A stretch of 64,000 nt of DNA from positions 594,110 to 658,109 of the forward strand of contig RHPI01003488.1 in assembly GCA_009103225.1 (NCBI GenBank), written 5' to 3'. Below the pieces are notes generated by a model. That model was given only the letters and a program-made list of their open reading frames with translations. It was not told the origin of the DNA and did not search any database. This DNA is from Chlorokybus atmophyticus (lineage: Eukaryota; Plantae; Mesostigma and Chlorokybus algae). The translations under genes and the position numbers were made by a program. Below, piece by piece: positions 45,521 through 57,723 of the stretch (the first letter of the stretch is position 1; every line of letters begins with the position of its first letter).

Positions 45521-46199
45521 TTCTTTCTGTGTGTGCTTGCGCTAGCATTGTGTCTCTAAAAAGTTATTTCCCTGCTCTATTTCTGACTCTACTGTTGGTT
45601 AACTACGGTGTGTGATCCACAGGTAAACAACTACCATTCAGCAATGGGCGGTCGCTTTAGGTCCAGTGTAGTTGATCGTCGAACATGAGGTAGGTATTTG
45701 GTCTTGACTCAGATGCTTGCATGCATTCAACAGAGGGTATGATGATCCAGCCGGCTGCTTCCAAGGCAGCAGGTAAACCAGAGCTCGCATGCCAGGCATG
45801 GTGTGTTTGTGGATGAGACTCAGATCAGAGTATTTGGCTCTGTGTTTTGGGTGTCTTGGCATTCTTACAGCTGCTATCAACAGGTTGAGCATTGCCTGCA
45901 GCATGTTTGCAGGACACCGCCAGTAACGGTGCCCAAGAAGTTGGCAAGAGCTCCAGCGACTACAGGGACAGATACATGCATCCTTGCATGCGTATCACAT
46001 GAATGTGCATGTGTGTGTATGGTGTCCAGTCAGCTGGGGCAGTTGATTGCAAGCCCTCATGTGTGTGTATGCGCGCGTGTGTCGCAAAAGTCCGTGTTCA
46101 CTTCTTCTGCTGCGCAAACATACCTTGTATTTGTGCATATGCGAGTGCAGTTGTGAGGGTTTTTTTTAAAAGCATGTTTGGGCAATTCTACTGCCAGTG

Positions 46200-47626
46200 T
46201 GTTACGAACGCGGAGGGGAAATCACACCAAAAACTATGTACAGTGATCACACACTTTTACATGTAGTGACTGTACACTCCCTTAATCACCTTTCGTTGAA
46301 TGAACAACTACTTGGTAACTTAAGGGTTATGGTCACCTAGCTTAGGTACCCCTACCTTAGTCCCAAAAGCCCAGAGCTCAAGTCGCGCGGCGGCTACCCT
46401 CCACCCGCGACTGGCTCTTTTGTTTTGGCGAACTCTATCGCCGTGAGCTTTACTAGGAACTATCTTGGCTAAGACCTACTTGGTCCAAAGCCCTCTACCA
46501 GATCCCCCATTCACTCACCCAAATGATTAGTTTAATTCACCCGGCATTAGTTCACTGGCATTCTGCAAAGTGACCGACAATATGAATCCGCGATTTTTGT
46601 GCCTGCGGCCATGGTAGGCGGCGCTGCCATAGCGCTGCGTATTGGCACACGCGGGAGGGGGCCAATGCCTTAGCCGATTTTCTATCGCGACGTCGCGTCG
46701 CGAAGTGATCTAATAGTTGATTCACTAGTGAATCAACCTTAGTTCACTACCTTATCGGCATTGTGAATCACTCTACTAGTGAACTAACTTAGTTCACCAG
46801 TGATTCACTTTTTGCTCTCTCTTCTATTAGGGTGATTCACTTAGTTCACTTACGAACCCCTAGTAAACTACTACTTTAGTTGATGTTCGTAACTGAACCA
46901 GTGAACTAATTAAATTCACTATGTTGATTCACTTCTCAGGTGAATCAACCCCTTCGCGAACTCATTTCGCGAAGTCCTTTTTGTTCACCCTAATACTTAT
47001 TCGAGGATTAATACTTACGAAGTGTCTTCCTACCTTAGGCCGGTGGGGGGGCGTGCCCCCGCGTTTCCACTCGCGGTTGCGTCCCCCACTTATTCGTGTG
47101 GCGGACTTAGCGATTTCGCAAAGTCCGCATTCATTCGGCGATGGGGTATTTAACCCTATTTTAGGCTTTTCGCTAATTCATTAATTAGCGAACCTAGGTA
47201 GGCTACTTCGCTCTAGTCAACTGATCCAAATAAGCCGCCTTGGATTGGCCTAAATGAACCTTATAGTTACACATGCTTTTTCCTATGATGTTTCGCGCAA
47301 TTGACCCCATAAGCCCACATCACGTTAATAAATCATTATACTAAAGCCATGTGCTTTGATCTTCCTACTCAAGACGCCCATACATACATGAATAGGGTAA
47401 TTCCTAGTCAACCACTGCGAATTAGATGCATTAAATGCTCTAACTAGCCAGGCCTATAATTAGCGATGCATAGCACTCGTGTTAAAGCTCAAACACAAAC
47501 ACACGCGTTCAAAGCTTGCATAACAAACCAAGATAATCCAACCAAGGTTTATTAAACTTCTGTCTCTCGCTAATTAAACTTATATATACACTGTACATGG
47601 CCAGCTATAGTAGCTAGGCCGTAACA
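46200..47626 (-). repeat. 3' LTR of Gypsy A copy 2 (1427 bp, includes ~200-bp extra segment)
   Basis: TGTTACG...CGTAACA termini; adjacent to the PPT. Confidence 0.95.
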
Positions 47627-47785
47627 ATGCCCCCCCTTTAGTTATTGAGCGTCTCTGCTCAATTTCTTTCTTCACGCTTTCCAACCTAGGAAAACAAGCC
47701 ATAATCAGTAACTTGATAGGTCAAAACGTGGAACTACTTCTAAAGGCGGGAAATATATAATTTCAGAAATGGACCTACCTGGACT

Positions 47786-50700
47786 TCATCTTTGGGCAAC
47801 CGTTAGCTCCCTCCAATATTTCTTTATCAGAAGCGGCGATCGCATGTTAGGCTCGTCAAACCCATTCACATGCCTCGAACGGATGGCCCTTCCATTTCAC
47901 AAAGAAACTGGGAGATCTGCCTTTCCGGCCTTTGTGGGTTACTATACCCTCAACTTCATACTCCCAATCTTCTTCCTTTAAACATTGGGGGGGGGGGGGG
48001 GGGGGGGGGCACCGCCNTGAGTAATAGGTGCTCAATAGCGAGGCATGAAATACATTATGTATTTTAAGACTCGGTGGCAATTCTAACTTGAATGCCACAG
48101 CCCCTATCTATTCTATTACCTTAAATGGTCCAAGCCATCGGGGTAATAGTTTTCGGGCCCCGTCGAGAGACTCCATCCTCACATTCTTCGTGCTAAGTAG
48201 GACTTCTTGTCCCACTTCAAACACGGCCTCTGCCCTGTTGGCATCGGCATATTGGCGCATACGATTTTGGGTTGCTAATAAGGCCCTCTTGGCCTCATTT
48301 TGCACCTGCCCTAATCGTTGAGCCAAAATTTGAGTCGAGGGGTTGACTCTTTTCCTAGCCCCCATATTCTCCATTAAAGCCTCAACCGGACTTAATGGAT
48401 GGCGGCCATAGCCAATATAAAATGGTGTCATCCCCGTTGACTCATTCACTAAATCATTGATGGCATACTCAACGAAAGCGAGATATGTATCCCAATCTCT
48501 AATATTCTTTAGTGAGTAATGCCTCAATAGTTGTTCCACTGCCTGATTCACACGCTCGGTTTGCCCATCTGTTTGAGAATGAAACGCGGTGGATAACTTA
48601 TCATCCAAATTTAATGTATCACATAATTCACGCCAAAAAGCGGAAGTGAACCGCGAACCCCTATCCGAAATCATATTCACGGGCATCCCATGTTGTGAAT
48701 ACCATCTCCTAAAAAAGGCATGGGCAAAATCCTCGCCCGTAAATTTTGGAGGAGTTGGTTCTAAGTGAACAACTTTACTAAACCGGTCTACAAATACAAC
48801 CATTCCATTATTCCCTTTTACCGTTTTAGGTAATTGGACTATAAAGTCAACTGACATTGACTTCCAAGCCCCCTGTGGTATGGGTAAAGGTTGTAATTTC
48901 CCGGCCGGTTTTGTCCTTACGGATTTATTCCTTTGGCATGAGTCACAATTCTTCACAAAGTTTTCAACATCAATTCTTAAGGTCGGCGACCAATACCTCC
49001 TAGCCAAAGACTCGGTAGTTTTTCCTTATACCAAAATGGCCACGGTAAGGGGGATTATGTGATTCTTCAATCACCTTTGACCTAAGTGACCCGTCCATTG
49101 GAACCGCAATTTTTCCATCATCTTTATACCAAAATGCCCCATGTGGTTTTAACACTTGGTTGAATTCCAAAAGGAACTCCGGGCAATTAGTATAACTTGC
49201 GATTATTTGGTTAGGAATGTCACTCACATAATCCAATGCAAGTAATGCCAAATCCTCGGACAATGCGGGATGCCTACTTAAAGGATCTGCCGCATTTATC
49301 CTACCTGGCCTATATTCCCAATCAAAATCATATCGCACTAAATACTCATACCACCTTACTTGGCGTCGCGACAAATTAGGTTGCGTATTTATGTGTACTA
49401 AGGGGTTGTGATCAGTTATCACCTTAAAATGCCTCCCCTTTAAGTAACACCTCCATCTATGCAACGCTTTCACAACACCTAATAATTCTTGATCGGTGGT
49501 CGAGTAATTCTTCTCCGCGGGCTTATACTTGAAACTCTCAAAGGCTATTGGATGCCCCTCTTGCACTAGTATAGCCCCGGTGCCTGCCAAAGAGGCATCA
49601 CTTATTACCTCAAATGGCTTTTCCATTTCCGGCAACTTCGAAACCGGAAGTGAGGTCATAGCAGCCTTATGCCTTTCAAAGGCTTGCTGCTCTTTAGGAC
49701 CCCATCCAAAGGGTTTTCGGGTACTTGTCAAAGTAGTGAGTGGGGCGGCTATAATTGAATAGCCCAAAATAAAACGGCGGAACCATAGGCAAAAACCCAG
49801 AAATTTTTGTAACTCCGTTACATTCTTAGGAACAGCCCAGACTTTAACTCTTTCAAGTTTCTTAGGATCGCCTTTTATTCCATCTTTACTCACAATATTA
49901 CCCAAGTACTCTACTTCCCTAGCAAAGAAGTCACACTTCTCGAAATTCGCCAAGAATTTATGCTCCCTTAGCCTATTCAAGGCTTTTTTAAAATGAAGCA
50001 CATGTTCCTCTTTCGTACTCGAAAATACAATAACATCATCCAAGTACATTAAGACGAATTTCCCTACCTCCTCTTTAAATACTTCATTCATAACCGCTTG
50101 GAATGTGACTGGCGCATTGCACAAGCCAAATGGCATCACCGTATATTCGTAATGACCCATAGGGGTTTCAAACCCTGTCTTATACCCATCTTCTATCGCG
50201 ATAGGTATTTGGTGATAACCACTAGTTAAGTCGAGGATGCTAAACCACGACTTCCCAACTAGTTAATCATACACATCATCCAAACGCGGTAAGGGGAAGG
50301 CATTTATCATCGTTTGTGCATTTGATGACCTATAATCAACACACATTCGGAGCTTGCCTCCCTTCTTTTCGGCAACAATTATATTAGCCGAATAGGGGCT
50401 TTGCGATTCAACTATCAAACCCCTTTCTAGGAGATAGTTCACCTGCTTCTTTGCTTCATCACGTTCCTTAGAACTTAGCCTATACAATGGCCTTAACGGC
50501 GGAGGCCCAGCCCCTTTCTTTAGTGGGATTAAATGGGAGACAAATCTGTTTGCCGGTGCACTTAGTAGATCCGCGGAGAATATATCCATAAACTCCCTTA
50601 CCACCGGGTGTACCTTTTCCAATCAATTTCACTTGACTCTTCCAAGTCCCCCACTATACTTAGGCAACCTACAGCCAATTCGAAGTCACCCTTTAACCAT

Positions 50701-51541
50701 TAATCAACTGGGTCGATGGTGGGTTTACTCCTTCTGTTAGGCTTACGGTTCCTACTAGGTGTCAAAGCAAACGCTTGTCACCTTGTGTGATTGTAGTAGA
50801 AGGTGGCACGCTTGTTAATTCTAAGTTTACGTGCTTTTGCCAACTATCACCCAATATCACATCTATGCCTGGAATAAGGGACTTGACCACATATAGCTTT
50901 ATTTTGGCCCTATAATCCCCCATTCGAATTAGCAACCCTGACACGCCACTTACTTCACAATGTAACTCACCTACTAGGCTTGCCCTAGCATTGGTAGTTT
51001 CTATGGTGGCCAAGACCCTTTTTGCCAATGCGGCACTTACAAAATTTTCTAAGGCACCAGTGTCCACTAAGACACCACATGCCCTATCATTCACTAATGC
51101 ATCGAAGACCATACTTAGCCTAGGATTTATTTGTGAATCTCGGCGATCACTTGCATCATCACACCACATTTGCAAGTCAGTGGCAAAAGGTGATTTGGCC
51201 CTTGGTAATGTGCCCATACGGCGCATACCGCCTAACAACCTTTTCCACTTACCATAATATTTAGGTGTTAGAACACACGCCTTAATTTCGGGGTTAGTTT
51301 GCTTTGATTGCCAATGATTTGTCAAAGTATGTGTTAACTCACGAAGTGGCACGCATATGAGAATTCGCTCATGCCCTACCTCAAGTGAATTAATTCTTGG
51401 CAAATCTTCAAACTCATTCCCAAAACAAACATCGCATTTCATAGGCAACATCATCGTTGTAGCTATACAACTGTTGTTCTCAAGTCGCCCACTACTTTGC
51501 TCCTCTGGCGCCGTTCCTATACAAGCAACCACCCCACACCG
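47786..51541 (-). pseudogene. pol: pol of Gypsy A copy 2
   Basis: ORF pieces 50762-51532, 50263-50622, 49000-50160, 48108-49007 and 47856-48098 with protease, RT, RNase H, integrase and chromodomain motifs; several frameshifts and stops. Confidence 0.93.
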
Positions 51542-52806
51542 TCACTTGGCGGGATCCTCGGTCGGCTTTGCTCCTTTCTTCGGGCACTTGGAGGCCATAT
51601 GCCCCTTTTCGCCACAATTGAAGCATAAACCTTCGCGAGTTCTTCTCTCCTTCTCTTCACTGGAGAGTCTTGCCTTGCCCTGGAAGGCTGGCTTAACGGG
51701 TTTCTTGCCAAACGGCTTTTTACCCTTTTTCTTTTAAGGGGTCTTTCAAGACTTCTCCTTTTCAACCGGATTTTCCATCTCCGATTGGGGGGCAAGTCCT
51801 TTTCTTTTCTTTCCCTTTCCTCCCCCGGATTTGTCTCCACCCTCTTCCCTATCCCTTTTGTTAATGTTAGCCAAATTCCGGCCGACCCATCTTGCCGTGT
51901 TCTCAAGCTCCGTGAACTTCTCCTGAGTCCACTTCATATCAATCTTTTGCAACCGCATAATATCTGGTTGCTTTTGGAGCTTAGAATCCAAGGCTCGAAT
52001 GAATAGGTTGGCCTTCTCAATCTGGCTTAATGGCCTTCCCCCATTTGCAGCCTGAGCCGCTAACAGGTTGAATTGGCTCACAAATTCCGTGATCAATTTG
52101 CCCGATTGTTTCAAGTCGGATAGCTTATCCCTGGCATCAAGCCCGGGGTCCACTGTCCTATATTGGCTAAACAAAAACTCCTTTAGGGATTCAAAGGTGG
52201 GCTCAACCAAATGAGACCTATGGTCCTTCCACAACTGAAGTGGTTCTGGACCTAAGTATCCCGCGGCAAAACCCAACCTTTGCCTTTCCGGAACCGTAGC
52301 CAAAGTCATTTCGACTTGGTTCCACCAAGCGTCTATATCCTCCCCTTTTTTGCCAGTCCATGCCGGGGGAATTTTTAGAAACTTGGTACTTGGTCCTATT
52401 TAAACCGAGTCTATTTTGTCCTCGAGTTCTTTCATTTTCTGCTCCCCAAGGACACGGAGGCGCGTGAGCTCCTCCTCATTCTTCTCGAGGTTTTTTACAA
52501 GCCTCAAGATGCCTTGCTTGGCCTTTTTGCCCTCTATGCAACAAGCCAAGGCTATTTTCTTATATTTTGGCGACAACTTGGCTATCCTCCGTTCCATTTT
52601 CCCCCCCTAGTTGGGGTATCGGTGGATTCGAAGCTTCCGCTTGTTCCGCCATTGCCGCGACTAGCCTTTTTTTCTTCGAAATAGGCTTCTATTTCGCGGT
52701 AATCCTCTTCACTGGCGCTACTATTAAAAGTCTCACGCCACTTGTGATAATTTCCAATCCGGCGTTGTTTCGGCATGCACTTCGGAAACGCGAATTTCCG
52801 AATCAA
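51542..52806 (-). pseudogene. gag: gag of Gypsy A copy 2
   Basis: KIPPAWTGKKGEDIDAWWNQVEMTL..., DARDKLSDLKQSGKLITEFVSQF, LFIRAL and a CCHC knuckle at the C-terminus. The N-terminal pieces are joined by a frameshift in a G run and by in-frame stops. Confidence 0.85.
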
Positions 52807-52852
52807 AGTGGTCCCAAACCACGGCCTGAGTGGTTCAAAATGGTATGTTCAA

Positions 52853-52864
52853 GCTCCGAGGCCA
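52853..52864 (-). promoter_or_regulatory. primer binding site, degenerate tRNA-iMet type
   Basis: TGGCCTCGGAGC two nt downstream of the 5' LTR; 9/12 identical to the canonical iMet PBS TGGTATCAGAGC. Confidence 0.6.
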
Positions 52865-52866
52865 GC

Positions 52867-54233
52867 TGTTACGACGCTCGGAGGGGAAATCACACCAAAA
52901 ACTATGTACAGTGATCACACACTTTTACATGTAGTGAATGTACACTCTTTTAATCACCTTTTGTTGAATGAACAATCACTTGGTAACTTAAGGGTTATGG
53001 TCACCTAGCCTAGGTACCCCTACCTTAGTCCCAAAAGCTCAGAGCTCAAGTCGCGCGGCGACTACCCTCCACCCGCGACTGGCTCTTTTGTTTTGGCGAA
53101 CTCTATCGCCGTGAGCTTTACTAGGAACTATCTTGTGTAAGACCTACTTGGTCCAAAGCCCTCTACCAGATCCCCATTCACTCACCCAAGTGAGTAGTTT
53201 AGTTCACCCGGCATTAGTTCACTGGCATTCTGCAAAGTGACCAACAATGTGAATCCGCGATTTTTGTGCATGCGGCCATGGTAGGCGGCGCTGCCATAGC
53301 GCTGCGTATTGGCACACGCGGGAGGGGGCCAATGCCTTAGCCGATTTTCTATCGCGACGTCGCATCGCGAAGTGATATAATAGTTGATTCACTAGTGAAT
53401 CAACCTTAGTTCACTACCTTATCGGCATTGTGAATCACTCTACTAGTGAACTAACTTAGTTCACCAGTGATTCACTTTTTGCTCTCTCTTCTTTTAGTCC
53501 CCTCATATTAGGGTGATTCACTTAGTTCACTTACGAACCCCTGGTGATCTACTTTAGTTCATGTTCGTAACTGAACCAGTAAACTAATTTAATTCACTTA
53601 CGAACCCCCAGTGAACTACTTTAGTTCATGTTCGTAACTGAACCAGTGAACTAATTTAATTCACTTACGAACCCCTAGTGAACTATTTTAGTTCATGTTC
53701 GTAACTCAACCAGTGAACTAAATAAGTTCACTATGTCGATTCACTTCACCTGTACATCAACCTTTTCGCGAACTCATTTCGCGAAGTCCTTTTTGTTCAC
53801 CCTAGGTAGGCTACTTCGCTAGTCAACTGATCCAAATAAGCCGCCTTAGATTGGCCTAAATGAACCTTATGATTACACATGCTTTTTCCTATGATGTTTC
53901 ATGCGATTGACCCCATAAGCCCACATCGCGTTAATAAATCATTATACTTAAGCCATGTGTTTTTATCTTCCTACTCAAGACGCCCATACATACATGAATA
54001 GGGTAATTCCTAGTCTACCACTTATAATTAGATGCATTTTAATGCTCTAACTAGCCAGGCCTATAATTAGCGATGCATTGCACTCGTGTTAAAGCTCAAA
54101 CACAAACACACGCATTCAAAGCTTGTATAACAAACCAAGATAATCCAACCAAGGTTTATTAAACTATTGTCTCTCGCTAATTCAACTTATATATACACTG
54201 TACATGACCAGCTATAGTAGCTAGGCCGTAACA
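52867..54233 (-). repeat. 5' LTR of Gypsy A copy 2 (1367 bp)
   Basis: TGTTACG...CGTAACA termini; adjacent to the PBS. Confidence 0.95.
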
Positions 54234-55895
54234 CATGCGATTACGATACTATCAATTCAACCTTAATCCTTAATTCACGTTAAAGCGAGCAAGTGCGAAA
54301 CACAGTTATCATGACCGGTTGTGCATGATAAGTATTAAAGTTGTTTATAAAATCGCATTGAATAATATGCACATGTGATGTACAATACCTCAATCATTTG
54401 CTATGAACTAGTATAAAATGTTTGGTTACCATACAACATGAGTCTTTTGCTATGACACGGACATTACAGTGAACATAACAATATCGACTGATGAGTACAA
54501 ACCATGTGATCGTACATACCCCTTTGATGTGCTGTTGATAGAATCTGTAATTACTGATGCAAATACTTAATGCTACACACACTTATATACACACAGTTGT
54601 TAACAAATAATTGCATGGTTAATATATGCTAACATGTTTTGTATTAAAAATACACATATAATTGTACGGGTATATTATAGCAAGCTTGTTATGCTATGAT
54701 AAGATGACGGTAACAAAAAGGTTGCGTTGTTGATTAGCATGTGTCCAACAGCATGTACAATTTCATTACATATTCTTTTGTATGATGCATTACGCATCGC
54801 ACTCCGTATGCTTTGATTGTACAATTTATGGGATCGCATCAAGCCAAATGTATTAATGATTTGATGTGTGGATTCCGCTATGTATAGCAATACGCTTGTA
54901 TGTTGCATGCATGCGTTTACATGTTTTGAACGTAATGCAATGTACATTATACTACACTCTCATTTTAATATAATAGTTGATTAGACCTCATTCATAAAGA
55001 AGCACGATTTTTCATTGCATTCAGTCATGTATGATTTTTTTTTTTTTTTTTTTTTCGCGACGCTTTGCTTCACGTGTACCGCGTANNNNNNNNNNNNNNN
55101 NNNNNNNNNNNNNNNNNNNNNNNNNNNNNNNNNNNNNNNNNNNNNNNNNNNNNNNNNNNNNNNNNNNNNNNNNNNNNNNNNNNNNNNNNNNNNNNNNNNN
55201 NNNNNNNNNNNNNNNNNNNCCCCCCCCCCCCCCCCTCCAATCAATGGGGGTGTTGTAATGTTTTTGTTTTTTTATTCGCACAAATACGGTACCGGTATTG
55301 CAGCACACATGTCATCGATTATGGCCGCTTGCTTGTGAATCACAACATGTGATCCCCCGACGTGCCAATTTTGGCGAAGAGGCCGTCTGCGGTTATCGGT
55401 AATCTCGTCTTGCAGCAAACCCTGACTGCGAAGCCTAACGGAGCGAGCAGCTCATTCGCCATACGTGGCATATTTTCGCAGCGGCGGGAGCGGCGGCGGC
55501 GGTGGAGGCGCATTGACTGAGGGCAGGAGAGGGGTGGCGAGAGTGTGTAGTAAGGGAGCGGCAGGAGGGCAGGGCAGAGTAGAGAGGATTAGCAGCAGCA
55601 GGGCACCACGGGGCAGGCGGCCGGCAAGCAGTGCGTGCCACTCAGATTCGGTCCGGCTGGTGGCGCCAAGGCGGGTGAGCAGGCCTCCAGTCCAGCCAAA
55701 GGCGGCCGCCGTCGCGCCGGCGGCGGCGGCGCCGTCGTGCCGGCGGCGGCCAGCGAAGGTGTGTTGCCCGACAAACAGAAAGTCGCTGCGGTCAGCGTCA
55801 AAGTCGTGACGCCGCCAGAGTCTGCACCGAGGAAGCAGGACCAAGCCGGGCGAACGCGACCCCAACCCGATCCCCATCCACCCCGCCACAAGCCT

Positions 55896-55931
55896 ATGGA
55901 AGTCAATGGCGGAATGGATCGCTATGAGATG

Positions 55932-55978
<47 letters not shown>

Positions 55979-56249
55979 GTGCGTGTGTACTGCGTTGCTG
56001 ACCAAGGTGCACGCAGGTTAAAGACATTGGCAGTGGCAATTTTGGCGTTGCAAAGCTCGCGCGGGACAAGCTGACTGGTGAACTGGTTGCGATCAAGTAC
56101 ATTGAGCGTGGTGACAAGGTATGCTTTCGCAGTCTGGCTTGTGGTGCACACGCAGGGGACTGACTGTCAGTTGCAGATTGACGAGAATGTCCAAAGAGAG
56201 ATTGTGAATCATCGCATGTTGCGGCATCCCAACATCATTCGCTTCAAAG

Positions 56250-56280
<31 letters not shown>

Positions 56281-57723
56281 ATGTGCGCGCGCGTGTACTT
56301 GCCTGCGCAAGCAAGCGCTCGCACGCAGACGCAGACGCAGACGCACACGCTGCTGCTGGTGCGACTGTGCGCTTGCGCCTCAGGTGTTGCTAACTCCTAC
56401 GCATCTGGCGATTGTGATGGAGTATGCTGCTGGAGGGGAGCTTTTTGAGCGCATCAGTGCCGCTGGTCGCTTTATTGAAGACGAGGTGAGGTTGCATGCG
56501 CGCACATGGTTGAACGTGTCCTGTGTGATGACTGACGCACGACACTCTTGTCACAGGCCCGCTTCTTCTTCCAGCAATTAATATCCGGTGTTGAGTACTG
56601 TCACGCACAGGTGAGAGGTTGGTCTCACACTCAGCGCTGCAGTGCAGTGCAGTGCAGTGCAGCGTCTTGGTTCGTTCAGAGCGCGTGTGGCATGCATTGC
56701 GCTGCGCATGGTTCAGGCAGGCGTTGCCGAAGGACACTGTCTTGACGCGTCTCATCTATGGCGTTGCTCTCTGACTGCAGCAAATCTGCCACCGCGACTT
56801 GAAGTTGGAGAACACCCTTCTGGACGGGAGTGCTGCTCCTCGGCTGAAGATCTGTGACTTTGGCTACTCCAAGGTGTGCTGCTGGTCCTGGTTCGGTCTG
56901 CTGCCTCGCTAGTCTCGCTCTGCTTCCTGTCACTCACTTCTGTGCCTGCAGTCGTCACTACTCCACTCCCAACCCAAGTCGACAGTTGGCACCCCAGCAT
57001 ACATTGCGCCGGAGGTGCTGTCGAGACGAGAGTATGACGGCAAGGTGAGGCGTGTGGACATTGGTGTAACCTTCTGATCAACCGAGGTAGTGACCGTTGT
57101 GCAGATTGCAGACGTATGGTCTTGCGGAGTGACGTTGTATGTCATGCTGGTGGGTGCATACCCCTTTGAGGATGCCGAGGATCCGAGAAACTTCCGCAAA
57201 ACGATACAGGTACCATGTCATGGCGCAATCCACATGCAACGCCCAGGCTGCTCACGGCACCTTGCATGCGCAGCGCATCATGAGCGTGCACTACACCATA
57301 CCTGACGGCATCAACGTGAGTAAGGAATGCCGCGAGCTGCTGGCGCGCATCTTTGTTGCTAATCCTGCACAGGTGCGAGTGCAGCCCTTCCGTTCAGTCG
57401 GCTTGTGACATACGGATATGTTTCGGTTGTGACCCAGTTTGACGTTGCAGAGGGTGACCATCTCAGACATCAAGCGCACGGCATGGTTTAGGAAAAACCT
57501 GCCAGCAGATCTTGAAGATGCTACTGCCAGTGGAGTCAGCGCTGGCCCAAACTCATGGGGTGAGAGCACGCAGAGTCTGGAAGAAGTTGAGCGCATCTTG
57601 AGGGAGGCGAGAGTGCCTACAGCTCGCGCTCAACGTGAGGATGATGACGACATGGATGAGGATGACGAGGATGATGATGACGAGGACGAGCTTGATGTAT
57701 CGGACCTTGTGGTCGATATGTGA
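55896..57723 (+). CDS. SnRK2: SNF1-related protein kinase 2, 10 exons
   Basis: MDRYEM|[20 protein letters not shown]|[13 protein letters not shown]..|[24 protein letters not shown]..|[16 protein letters not shown]|[31 protein letters not shown]|[23 protein letters not shown], SnRK2 box [10 protein letters not shown] and an acidic tail. Confidence 0.96.

Larger units (their letters stand above)
34700..46199. mobile_element. large degenerate CACTA/EnSpm-like DNA transposon with multiple cargo genes; boundaries not resolved
   Basis: TnpD-type motifs (MKSHD, HLLGHLPE..GP...W.WAHERF..WVK, WYGRVQSF..LLRARWY), subterminal-type tandem repeats and tightly packed, uniformly decayed cargo ORFs. No TIR/TSD pair found; the right side is cut by a Gypsy insertion. 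Confidence 0.7.
46200..54233 (-). mobile_element. full-length Ty3/Gypsy family A copy 2 (two LTRs, gag, pol with chromodomain; defective)
   Basis: LTRs at 46200-47626 and 52867-54233, PPT at ~47630-47640, PBS next to the 5' LTR, and an internal region collinear with copy 1. Flanks CAGTG / CATGC are not a perfect TSD. Confidence 0.97.

Noticed and set aside
46993-47192. Hammerhead ribozyme or canonical Helitron
   Set aside because: No CUGANGA/GAAA core on either strand, and no TC...CTRR ends or A/T target site.
52400-52806. Separate accessory or env-like ORFs upstream of gag
   Set aside because: They join gag through a frameshift in a G run and one in-frame stop; best read as the gag N-terminus.
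54234-55085. Third (inverted) copy of the AT-rich repeat, or the CACTA right terminus
   Set aside because: Only short, weak matches by eye, and no TIR complementary to the 34.6-35.1 kb region.
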